DNA from: an uncultured bacterium
GTDB lineage: Bacteria > Verrucomicrobiota > Kiritimatiellia > CAIKKV01 > CAITUY01
Direction of reading: 5' to 3'
DNA length: 64,000 bases
Assembly: GCA_903908715.1 (NCBI GenBank)
Contig: CAIVSY010000115.1
Span: 35 to 64,034 of the forward strand
Numbering within the stretch: the stretch's first letter is position 1; the number at the start of each line of letters is the position of its first letter. Both the position numbers and the translations under genes were made by a program. The notes under the pieces are model-generated. The model saw only the letters and a program-made list of their open reading frames with translations, did not search any database and was not told the origin of the DNA. This document shows positions 47,021-55,723 of the stretch, piece after piece.

Positions 47021-48295
47021 ATGTCCCGTTTCATCATTCATGGAGGCCGGAGGATCGGCGGGGTTCTGGTCCCGTCGGGAAACAAGAATGCCGTGCTGCC
47101 GATGCTTGCGGCCTGTGTACTGACCGAGGAGCCGGTCACGCTGGAGAATGTACCGTTGATCGACGATGTTCGCACGATGCTGGAACTGCTGGACGGCATC
47201 GGGGTGGAGGTTTCGGTCCAGGGGCATACGGTCCGGTTGTGTGCGAAGGGTTTGCGGAGAAGCCGGCTGGATCCCGCGTTGTGCGGCAAGGTCCGGTCTT
47301 CGATTTTGCTGGCGGGCCCGTTGGCGGCGCGCCTGGGCCGGGCGACGTTGTCGCCGCCGGGCGGTGATGTCATCGGGCGCCGCCGCGTGGATACCCATTT
47401 CCAGGGGTTGGCGGCGCTGGGCATTGAGGTTGAGGGCGGCCGGGATTTTGTGTTTCGCCGCCGCCGGCTGGAGGGGGCGGACATGGTGCTTGACGAGGCC
47501 AGTGTAACGGCGACCGAGAATGTCCTGATGGCCAGTGTTCTTGCGCAGGGCCGCACCACGATTTTCAATGCCGCCTGCGAGCCGCATGTGGGGGACCTGG
47601 CGCTCCTGCTCAACAAGATGGGTGCGCGGATTCGGGGGATCGGGACCAACCGCCTGGAGGTCGAGGGGGTTGAGGGGCTCGGCGGGGCTGTGCACAAGGT
47701 GCAGCCGGATGTGATTGAGATCGGCAGCTACATGGTGGCGGCTGCGGTGACAGGCGGGGAGTTGCGGGTGACAGGTGTCGAGCCGGAGCCGATGATGATT
47801 GTTGGAAGAACCTTCCAGCGGCTTGGATTACGGATGCAGTGGGCCGGGGCGGACACCGTGGTCCAGCCGAGGCAGAGGCTCAAGGTGGTCAAGGATTTCG
47901 GTGCCGCAATTCCGAAGATCGAGGACGGTCCTTGGCCGATGTTTCCGTCCGACCTCATGAGTGTCCTGCTGGTTGCGGCGACGCAGGCACAGGGCACCAT
48001 CCTGTTCTTCGAGAAGATGTTCGAGAGCCGGATGTATTTCGTGGATCATCTGATCAGCATGGGGGCGGGGATTGTCGTGTGCGATCCGCATCGCGTGCTG
48101 GTGACCGGTCCCGCGCGTCTGCACAGCATCAGCATGGCCAGTCCGGATATCCGGGCCGGTGTGGCCCTTCTGATCGCGGCCCTGTGTGCCAAGGGCGAAA
48201 GCGTGGTTCACAGTGCCCAGACCATTGATCGCGGTTATGAGCGTGTCGAGGAGAAACTCCGGGCGCTGGGCGCGGATATTGTGAGGGAGGAATAG
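47021..48295 (+). CDS. murA: UDP-N-acetylglucosamine 1-carboxyvinyltransferase
   Basis: About 425 aa. EPSP-synthase-like fold with MurA motifs (LPSGNKNAVLP, KVRSSILLAGPL, the GAR..G..C stretch). Confidence 0.95.
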   Translation: MSRFIIHGGRRIGGVLVPSGNKNAVLPMLAACVLTEEPVTLENVPLIDDVRTMLELLDGIGVEVSVQGHTVRLCAKGLRRSRLDPALCGKVRSSILLAGPLAARLGRATLSPPGGDVIGRRRVDTHFQGLAALGIEVEGGRDFVFRRRRLEGADMVLDEASVTATENVLMASVLAQGRTTIFNAACEPHVGDLALLLNKMGARIRGIGTNRLEVEGVEGLGGAVHKVQPDVIEIGSYMVAAAVTGGELRVTGVEPEPMMIVGRTFQRLGLRMQWAGADTVVQPRQRLKVVKDFGAAIPKIEDGPWPMFPSDLMSVLLVAATQAQGTILFFEKMFESRMYFVDHLISMGAGIVVCDPHRVLVTGPARLHSISMASPDIRAGVALLIAALCAKGESVVHSAQTIDRGYERVEEKLRALGADIVREE

Positions 48296-48338
48296 TGCCC
48301 GGGCGGCCTTCCTGGTTGGAAGGCGAAAGGAGTCAAGC

Positions 48339-49487
48339 ATGCCCCAGCCACAACTGAATCGTCATGCACTGCGGATCAAGCCGCTCCGGGAGCGGCGGAA
48401 CAAGGTGCAGGCGGAAAAGGACTTTCCCGATCCTGACGGTGCCTTGCCGGGGCCTGCCCTGCCGGAGGAAGCCATGGGGGAGATTGTCGGCCGGATCCGG
48501 TCCGCGCGGCAGGCGGGACGACCGGTGATCCTCGCGTTTGGTGCGCATACCATCAAGAACGGGCTTGGTCCGGTGCTGATCCGCTTGATGGAGGACGGCT
48601 GGCTCTCGCATCTGGCCACGAATGGAGCGGGTATAATCCATGACTGGGAGTTCGCCTTCCAGGGCGCGAGCAGCGAGGATGTGAAGGGCAACGTGGCGCG
48701 CGGGGAATTCGGGATCTGGCAGGAGACCGGATCCCTGATCAATCTGGCCATCGTGGTGGGGGCTTATGAGGGATTGGGATACGGGGAATCGGTTGGGAAG
48801 ATGATTGAACGCGAGGGTTTGGAGATCCCGGCGGCGGAGATGCTGAAGGCGGCGTTGGCGGGGAATGCCCCTCACCCTGGCCCTCTCCCGCAAGGTGAGA
48901 GGGAAAAGGGGGGCGTGAGGTGGGAGCGCGCGGCGGCCGCGGCGGACTTGCTTGGCGTGCTGGAACGGTTCCCCCTTAAGCCGGGATGGATGTCCATTCC
49001 GCATCCCTTCAAGCAATACAGTGCGCAGGCGGCGGCTTTCCGGCTGGGGATTCCTTTCACGGGGCATCCGATGTTCGGGCACGATATCATCTACTGCCAT
49101 CCCATGAACCATGGAGCGGCGATCGGCCGGGCGGCCGAGCGTGATTTCCTTACGTTTGCCCATTCGGTGGCGCAGATACAGGAGGGTGTCTATCTTTCTG
49201 TTGGCTCAGCGGTAATGTCGCCGATGATTTTCGAGAAGGCGCTGTCCATGGCGCAGAATCTGGCCTTGCAGAAGGGCGGGCCGATCGATCGCCACTACAT
49301 CGCGGTGGTTGATCTGGCCGAATCCAGGTGGGACTGGGGGCGGCAGGGGGAACCGCCGGTGGATAATCCGGCGTATTATCTGCGGTACTGCAAGACATTC
49401 AGCCGTATGGGCGGTTCCCTGCGCTACCTGTGCGCCGACAATCGCAGTTTCCTGATGGCCTTGCGGCGCAGGCTGGGGAACGGATGA
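48339..49487 (+). CDS. Deoxyhypusine-synthase-like (Rossmann-type) protein carrying an in-frame REP-like repeat insertion
   Basis: 382 aa. GAHTIKNGLGPVLIRLMEDGWLSHLATNGAGIIHDWE resembles the DHS NAD-binding core. The tentative call is from weak pattern similarity only. Confidence 0.4.
   Translation: MPQPQLNRHALRIKPLRERRNKVQAEKDFPDPDGALPGPALPEEAMGEIVGRIRSARQAGRPVILAFGAHTIKNGLGPVLIRLMEDGWLSHLATNGAGIIHDWEFAFQGASSEDVKGNVARGEFGIWQETGSLINLAIVVGAYEGLGYGESVGKMIEREGLEIPAAEMLKAALAGNAPHPGPLPQGEREKGGVRWERAAAAADLLGVLERFPLKPGWMSIPHPFKQYSAQAAAFRLGIPFTGHPMFGHDIIYCHPMNHGAAIGRAAERDFLTFAHSVAQIQEGVYLSVGSAVMSPMIFEKALSMAQNLALQKGGPIDRHYIAVVDLAESRWDWGRQGEPPVDNPAYYLRYCKTFSRMGGSLRYLCADNRSFLMALRRRLGNG
48868..48925. 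repeat. REP-like palindromic unit (cccctcaccctggccctctcccgcaaggtgagaggg...gggcgtgaggtggg) located inside the CDS 48339-49487, read through in frame
   Basis: Near-identical to the units at 56881-56917 and 63875-63911. Encodes ...APHPGPLPQGEREKGGVRWE... within the protein. Confidence 0.6.
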
Positions 49488-49590
49488 TGGGATTTTTTTC
49501 GTCGGGGATTAGGTGCATGGGGAATGGGGAGTTCAGGGGGGGGCGGGTTGGGGAATGACAGCCCCGGCGCTGGAATCAGGGCGTGATCTC

Positions 49591-50175
49591 ATGACGGACG
49601 GGTTTATCAGGGTTTTTGTGGCGCTGGACATTGGCGATGCCGTGCGCAAGGCCCTTGTGGAGGAAGTCCGCGACCTGCGCAAAACCCATCCGCGAGTCAA
49701 ATGGGTGGCGCCGGATAACATTCATCTTACGCTTGCATTCCTCGGTGATATTCCCGGCGAACGTGTGGGAGAGATCGGGAAGTCCCTGGAGAGTGTCGCG
49801 TCCGGATTCGAGGTTTTCGAGTGCTCCGTGAAAGGACTGGGCTGGTTTGGTTCACCCCGCTCCCCGCGGGTGGTCTGGGCCGGGATGCCGGAGAACGCGG
49901 AACTGATGCTTCTTCAAGCGGGTATCGCGGAAGCGTTGCGGCAACTCGGCTATACGCCTGAGGACCGGCCTTTCCATCCGCACCTTACGCTCGGGCGGGT
50001 GAAGTTCTCGAAGGATGCAGCGGGGCTGGCCGGGCTTCTTCAGTCACGCGCAGACAAGGAAATAGGCCCCTTCAGGGTGGACCGGATCCTGACCCTTCGC
50101 AGTGAGCTGCAGCCGCGGGGGCCGCTCTACAGTGTCCTGCACGAAGCGGCCCTGTTGCCCGTCAATCGTGGGTGA
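49591..50175 (+). CDS. thpR: RNA 2',3'-cyclic phosphodiesterase or 2'-5' RNA ligase (LigT/ThpR, 2H phosphoesterase)
   Basis: About 194 aa. Two H-x-T-x motifs (HLTLAF, HLTLGR). Confidence 0.75.
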   Translation: MTDGFIRVFVALDIGDAVRKALVEEVRDLRKTHPRVKWVAPDNIHLTLAFLGDIPGERVGEIGKSLESVASGFEVFECSVKGLGWFGSPRSPRVVWAGMPENAELMLLQAGIAEALRQLGYTPEDRPFHPHLTLGRVKFSKDAAGLAGLLQSRADKEIGPFRVDRILTLRSELQPRGPLYSVLHEAALLPVNRG

Positions 50176-50427
50176 AGACCATCTTTTTGGCTTCCACGCC
50201 GTGAATGCTGTCCAGGGCCTTCAGGATCGACAGGCATTTCCGGGTATCGCCCACAAGTTCCAGCAGGATGATTCCATTGGGTGAGGAGAAATCTCCGGAC
50301 ACCTCATGCAGGCCGAGGCGGGTCTTGATGTTGGCGCCGTAGCGGGTGAGGACTTTCTGGACTGCGCCGGCATGCCGGACACGGTCTGTCACGTGAATTC
50401 CGACGATCAGATGGTTTGCCTCTTTCA
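50162..50427 (-). CDS. Small (88 aa) conserved-looking protein, possibly ACT/NikR-C-like regulatory domain; function unknown
   Basis: Compact ORF from ATG (MKEANHLIVGIHVTD...). Immediately downstream of the repeat protein on the same strand. The longer annotated ORF extension is low-complexity. Confidence 0.4.
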
Positions 50428-50487
50428 TGATGCGAATGTAGCACAGAGGCGGAAGAAGGGGAGAGTTTTTTTGCGGGTGGGACCTGT

Positions 50488-52854
50488 TCAGGGCTTCACT
50501 GTTTTCAGCAACGCCTGCTTCTTGTCTTCCGGGAGAGACGATTGGAGGATCCAGGCTTCCGCAGCGGAGGCATCGGCCTGGAGCCATTGTCGTCCGATAT
50601 TCTCCGTGATAGCGTTGCGCTGAGCCGGATCGGAGATGACGCCGACCCAGGTAGTGGCGATTTCGGGATAATCCCGGGCAATGGCGCTGATATAGGCTGG
50701 GACCAGTTTTTCGTAGGCGGAATCGGAGTTCATGGAGGAGAGCCATTTGCCTGCGGACGTCGGGTCCGTAAGGGCCCAGGATTCGGTGGCGGTCTGCAGG
50801 GCCCGGGTGCGTTCCTCGCCGGCGGGGAACGTGGCGGCCCAGGTGGCGGCCGCCTTTGGGTCGTTTGCGGACCAGGCGGACACCACGGTTTGGACGGCAC
50901 GGCTTTGTGCCGCTCCCGCCGGTTGACCGGCCACGAATTCGGCGGCCTGCTCCGGCGAAATCCGGGCCAGGGCTCCTGCGGCCCCTTCCACAAAAGCATC
51001 TCGGGCTTCCCCTTGCGGCATCGCGTTGGCGTACTCGATTGTGGATTTTACGTTCTGGGAGCCCATGGTTCCGGCGATGCTGCGAAACAGCGCGTTCCTT
51101 GTATTGCCGGCGGGCAGACTTTCCACGAACGACAAAGCGCCTTTCAGATCATTATTAGCCCATGTCGGAACCACCTGGGCGAGGGCATCCTGTGAAGCCT
51201 TGCCTTCCGGCAGGGATTGGATCCATTCCACAGCCCGCACAGGATCGGTGTTCGCCCACAGGCTTGCGACGGAGCGGATGAAATCAGTGCGGGTTCCGCC
51301 TGTCGGCAGGGAATCGATCATGGCGGCGGCGGATTCCGGATCGTGTTGGCCGAGGGTCCAGATCAACTGTTGCATGGCGCTGCGCCGGGCGGCGCCCTCC
51401 GGCAGGGACTCATACAATTCCACGGCGGCATAGGGATCATTGTTGGCCAGGCTGGAAATGGCCGGAACGATTGCCCGGGTCTGCTGCGGCCCGGCCGGGA
51501 GGGAGGCGGCGAAGGCCAGTGCGGTCTTGGGATCCTGCCACGAGAGTTGCTGGACGATGGCCTGGAGGATGTTGTTCCGTTCTGCGCCGGTCGGGATCGA
51601 ATTCAGGAACTGCAGGGTTGCCTTCGGGTCCTCCTGCGCCCAGTTGCTGAGGGCTTGTCCGAGCATACGTGTCCGGTTCTCACTCGGTCGAAGGTTCTGG
51701 ATGAAGGCCAAGGCATCCTTCGGGGCCGAGGCAGCCCAGACCTGACACAACTGTTGGAGGATCATTTCCCGGGTGGCGTCATCAGGCAGTGACCGGGTCC
51801 ATGCGATGGCGCCCTCCAGGTCGGTATTGGCCCAGTTGGCGGAAATGGACCGCAGGGTATTCTGGCGCGTTTGCCCTGCGGGGAGGGAGTTGGCGTAGTC
51901 GGCGGCCTGTCGCGGGTCGGATCCGCACCACTGGGAAAGGATGGTGGAGATGACGTTATTCTTCTGCTGGCTCATCGGGAGTGAATCGGCCCATGCCAGG
52001 GCGGCCCTTGGATCCTTGCTGCCCCAGGAACTGCCGAGGGCCTGGATGGCCATGTTCAGTTCGTTATAGGTGAGCGCGTCCATCTTCCGGATGGCTTCGG
52101 CGGGATTCGACTGGCCCCAGTTCTGGAAGATCGCATAGATGGCGCCGCTGTAGACGGGGGACTTGGGCTGTCGCTGGTACAGATCGAAAGCGGCCGCCGG
52201 ATTCCTGGCCGAAGAGCCGTTGATCAGTGCGGTGATCGCCTGCTTTCGCGTCATGCCCTGGGGCAGGGTGTTCACCCAGGCCTCCGCGGCGACGGGGTCC
52301 TGGGCGCCCCATGCGGACACCACGGATTGTACGGCGCTGGAATACCAGTTCTTTTCCTTGATCCGGGCGGTGTACTGGATGGCGGCGCGAGGGTCCGATT
52401 CGGCCCAGCGGGCGATCAGTTGCTGCCGGGCGGAGTTGCGGAGGTTGATGTTCGGAATGGCCTCGATCAGATGTATGGCCTGCGCCATGTCCTCCTTGCG
52501 GAGGCCGGCGAGCAGGGAATTGATGCTCTGCCACTGGCGGGACGGCGGCTGGCGGATCAGGTCCTGGACTTTTGCGGTGAGGTCCGACAGCGTGGTTTCC
52601 GTTTTTGCGGCGGCTGATTCCTGCTGTGCGGTTTTTGCCTGCTTCTGCGGAGCATCGGCGGCGCCAGCCGGCACAGCGGGGTCCGGTTGCGGAGGTGTGA
52701 CAGAAGGTGCGGGGGTTGGCGGTTGCAGTGCGGCGAGGGTTGCGCGGAGTTCCCGGATCTGGCGGTATTGCCAGCCTGCGAGAAGGGTCAGAAGGAGCAG
52801 GAGGCAGAGGACAGCGGGGTGACGGAGGGTTGGTCGCATGCTGAAAACTCCCAT
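50488..52854 (-). CDS. Signal-anchored protein composed of about 20 tandem 32-aa repeats (consensus W(A/G)xxDPxxAxxWxxSLPxGxxRxxxxxxxxxx); no family recognised
   Basis: 788 aa. N-terminal hydrophobic anchor, Pro-rich and coiled-coil segment, then the regular repeat array read directly from the translation. Confidence 0.6.
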   Translation of the reverse strand: MGVFSMRPTLRHPAVLCLLLLLTLLAGWQYRQIRELRATLAALQPPTPAPSVTPPQPDPAVPAGAADAPQKQAKTAQQESAAAKTETTLSDLTAKVQDLIRQPPSRQWQSINSLLAGLRKEDMAQAIHLIEAIPNINLRNSARQQLIARWAESDPRAAIQYTARIKEKNWYSSAVQSVVSAWGAQDPVAAEAWVNTLPQGMTRKQAITALINGSSARNPAAAFDLYQRQPKSPVYSGAIYAIFQNWGQSNPAEAIRKMDALTYNELNMAIQALGSSWGSKDPRAALAWADSLPMSQQKNNVISTILSQWCGSDPRQAADYANSLPAGQTRQNTLRSISANWANTDLEGAIAWTRSLPDDATREMILQQLCQVWAASAPKDALAFIQNLRPSENRTRMLGQALSNWAQEDPKATLQFLNSIPTGAERNNILQAIVQQLSWQDPKTALAFAASLPAGPQQTRAIVPAISSLANNDPYAAVELYESLPEGAARRSAMQQLIWTLGQHDPESAAAMIDSLPTGGTRTDFIRSVASLWANTDPVRAVEWIQSLPEGKASQDALAQVVPTWANNDLKGALSFVESLPAGNTRNALFRSIAGTMGSQNVKSTIEYANAMPQGEARDAFVEGAAGALARISPEQAAEFVAGQPAGAAQSRAVQTVVSAWSANDPKAAATWAATFPAGEERTRALQTATESWALTDPTSAGKWLSSMNSDSAYEKLVPAYISAIARDYPEIATTWVGVISDPAQRNAITENIGRQWLQADASAAEAWILQSSLPEDKKQALLKTVKP

Positions 52855-52889
52855 GAAGGGGGCGGGATGTCAACTGCCGTCGGAGGCAA

Positions 52890-52917
52890 GAAAAAGGGCA
52901 GGGGGATTCCCTGCCCT
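52890..52917 (-). terminator. Rho-independent terminator downstream of tsf (minus strand: gggcaggg-aatcccc-ctgccc then T-run)
   Basis: On the plus strand this reads gaaaaagggcagggggattccctgccc. Confidence 0.65.
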
Positions 52918-52943
52918 GTGCCGACTTTCTGGAAAGGATCGCC

Positions 52944-53781
52944 TTATTCCCCCATCTGCCAGCGGACGAAGCGCCGGATGGTTAGCGTATCGCCGATCTC
53001 CTTGCCCTTGGCTTCCAGCATTTTCGTGATCGAGGTGTCGGGTTCCTTGACGAATCCCTGCTCGATCAGGCAGATCTGGGAATAGAACTTGCCCATCTTG
53101 CCGTCCACGATTTTATCCACGATGTTCGCGGGTTTGCCGGTCACCTGCTTGGCGTAGATTTCGCGTTCGGCGGCGATGACGTCAGCCGTCACCTGGTCCC
53201 GTGTCAGGTACTTTGGTGCGCAGGCGGCGATATGAAGGGTCAAGTCCTTGACCAGTTCCTGGACGGAGGCATTGGCGGCGGAGGCATCCTTGCCGCAGCC
53301 GACTTCGATCATCACGCCGAGCTTGCCGTTCAGGTGGATATAGGTTGCCACCAGGCCGGGCCCCTGCAGGGTGAAGCGGACATTGCGCTTCGCGATCAGG
53401 TTCTCGCCGATTTCCGCGACCTTGGCGGCCATGGCGTCCTTTGTCACGGTGCCGATCGTGTTATCCTCCATGTCGAGGGCCTGTTCGGCGAGTCCCTTGA
53501 CGAACTTCTGGAAGTTTTCGTTCTTGGCCACGAAGTCCGTTTCGCAATTTACCTCGATCAGGGCGCCGGTCTTGCCGCCGCGCAGTGCGGCGCCGACGAG
53601 TCCCTGGTTGGCGGCGCGGGATGCCTTCTTGGCGGCGATGGCCACGCCGCGTTCCCGGAGCAGGCGGATCGCCTTTTCCTTGTCACCGCCGGCTTCGACG
53701 AGGGCGCGCTTGCATTCCATCATGCCCACGTTGGTGGCTTCCCGTAATTCCTGGACCATTGCTGCTGTGATTTCTGCCATT
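52944..53781 (-). CDS. tsf: Translation elongation factor Ts
   Basis: About 278 aa from the ATG preceded by AGGAAGA. N-terminal ITAAMVQELREATNVGMMECKRAL UBA-like motif. Confidence 0.9.
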
Positions 53782-53867
53782 GTCGTATCTTCCTGTGTTG
53801 CAGGGCTGGCGATCCGTGGGATGCCAGCCCGGTTTATGATGATCAATCAGGAACCGCGCATGGCGGT

Positions 53868-54773
53868 TCACGCCTTTGGTGCTGCCTCCGGAGCGGCTTC
53901 CGGCTTGGCTTCGGCCTTGCCGGGGGCTGTCTTGGGCCGCGGAGCGCGGCGACGCAGACCGCTGGTGGCGGTGCGCGGGCGGCGGGCGCCGGGTCTGGCG
54001 GCGGAATCGCCTGTGCCGGTGGCAGGGGCGGCGGCGTCACGCCGGCGGGCCTCCTCGACGGCGATCTTGGAATACTCCGCCACACCCTTCTGGATGGCCT
54101 GGGCCAGGGCGCCGGCAATCAGCCGGATGCCGCGGATGGCGTCATCGTTTCCGGGGATCGGGTATTCGATGGGATCGGGGTTGCAATTCGTGTCCACAAT
54201 GGCGATCACCGGGATGTGGAGGCGGTTGGCCTCCTGGACGGCGATGGCTTCGCGGTTGATATCAATCACGAACAATGCGCCGGGCACTTCGTTCATGTTC
54301 GCCAGGCCGGCGAGGTTCTTGCGCAGCTTTTCCAGTTCGCGGCGCAGGACGGAGACTTCCTTCTTCGGCATTTTGTCGAAATCGCCGTTCTTTTCCATGT
54401 TCTCCAGTTCGCGCAGGTACTTGATGCGGCGCCGGATCGTCTGGCTGTTGGTCAGGGTTCCGCCGAGCCAGCGGCTGTTGACATACGGCTGGCCGGAAGC
54501 GGTTGCGATCTCCTTGGTGATCTGCTGGGCCTGTTTCTTAGTGCCGACGAACAGGATCGGCCGGCCGCGCCCGGCGATTTCCAGCACGAACTGCTTGGCC
54601 TTTTCGAGTTGTTCCAGGCTCTTTTCGAGGTCGATGATGTGGATCCCGTTCCGCTTGTCGAAGACAAACGGCTTCATCTTGGGATTCCAGCGCTTGGTCT
54701 GATGACCGAAATGCAACCCGGCATCGAGCAGGGCTTGCAGGGTGACTTCCGACGGTACTTGGGCAGTATCCAC
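53868..54773 (-). CDS. rpsB: 30S ribosomal protein S2 with about 70-aa Ala/Pro/Lys/Arg-rich C-terminal extension; probable GTG start after GGAGGAAAG
   Basis: LLDAGLHFGHQTKRWNPKM and IIDLEKS signatures. rpsB-tsf order is conserved. Confidence 0.9.
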   Translation of the reverse strand: MDTAQVPSEVTLQALLDAGLHFGHQTKRWNPKMKPFVFDKRNGIHIIDLEKSLEQLEKAKQFVLEIAGRGRPILFVGTKKQAQQITKEIATASGQPYVNSRWLGGTLTNSQTIRRRIKYLRELENMEKNGDFDKMPKKEVSVLRRELEKLRKNLAGLANMNEVPGALFVIDINREAIAVQEANRLHIPVIAIVDTNCNPDPIEYPIPGNDDAIRGIRLIAGALAQAIQKGVAEYSKIAVEEARRRDAAAPATGTGDSAARPGARRPRTATSGLRRRAPRPKTAPGKAEAKPEAAPEAAPKA

Positions 54774-55014
54774 TCTTTCCTCCAGTATGTTGGTCCCGCA
54801 AAGGCGGGACAATCCGCTTTGGTCCTGCCGGAGGCCGGCAGAGACGCTCGCTTCCGTCCGGTCACTTGCCGGACTTCTTGAAAGGTGCGCATCCTATCGT
54901 ATTGCGGATGTAAGGCAAGCGTTATTTCGTGATTTTACGGCTTTTTTGGAGCATGGCGGTTCGATAGGATAAGTGCGTTCCAAAGGGTGACGTCAGGAAT
55001 GGAGGGGCGGGAGA

Positions 55015-55692
55015 ATGGATAAGGCGCTGGTTTTGTTATCGGGCGGGATGGATTCCACGACCCTGCTGCATCATGTGGTCAAGGGGCTGGGCGTGGGCGA
55101 GGTCTCTGCGCTGTCCTTCCTGTACGGACAAAAGCATGGGCGCGAACTGGAGGCGGCGGTCTGGCAGGCGCGGGCGGCGGGTGTGAAGGCGCATGATGTG
55201 GTGGATATGGGTTTCTTTGGAAGACTGACGGCGGGCGGGTCGGCCCTGACTGATCCGGCGATTGCCGTGCCGCGCATGGCGGACCTGTCCGGGCCGATGC
55301 TGAACCAGCCTCCGACGTATGTCCCGAACCGGAACATGATTCTGCTGTCCCTTGCGGCGGCGTATGCCGAGGCGCGCGGGATCGCGGATGTCTTCTACGG
55401 CGCCCAGCGGCAGGACCGTTACGGCTACTGGGATTGCACGCCGGAATTCCTGGAGCGGATCAATGGCGTGCTGGGACTCAACCGCGGGCGGGGTGTGCGG
55501 ATTCACGCGCCTTTCATCGGGATGAGCAAGGCGGATGAACTTCGGCTTGGCGCGGAATTGGGAGTGGACTACGGGCACACCTGGACGTGCTATCGTGGCG
55601 AGGCGAGACCCTGCGGCGAGTGTCCGTCCTGCGTCGAGCGGGCCGGAGCATTTGAGGCGGCCGGGATGATGGACCCCTTGCTTGCCTCCTGA
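55015..55692 (+). CDS. queC: 7-cyano-7-deazaguanine synthase
   Basis: 225 aa. PP-loop LLSGGMDST, and the C-terminal Zn-binding CGECPSC cluster. Confidence 0.85.
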   Translation: MDKALVLLSGGMDSTTLLHHVVKGLGVGEVSALSFLYGQKHGRELEAAVWQARAAGVKAHDVVDMGFFGRLTAGGSALTDPAIAVPRMADLSGPMLNQPPTYVPNRNMILLSLAAAYAEARGIADVFYGAQRQDRYGYWDCTPEFLERINGVLGLNRGRGVRIHAPFIGMSKADELRLGAELGVDYGHTWTCYRGEARPCGECPSCVERAGAFEAAGMMDPLLAS

Positions 55693-55723
55693 CGATCTCA
55701 CGCGGCGGGGAAAGCGTCTTGTT

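Noticed and set aside
46886-47695. N-terminal 270 codons of the 615-aa ORF 45848-47695(-)
   Set aside because: Only the C-terminal 345 aa match the Zn-ADH fold, and they start at an ATG with a good RBS. The upstream part is low-complexity and overlaps the murA start and promoter region on the other strand.
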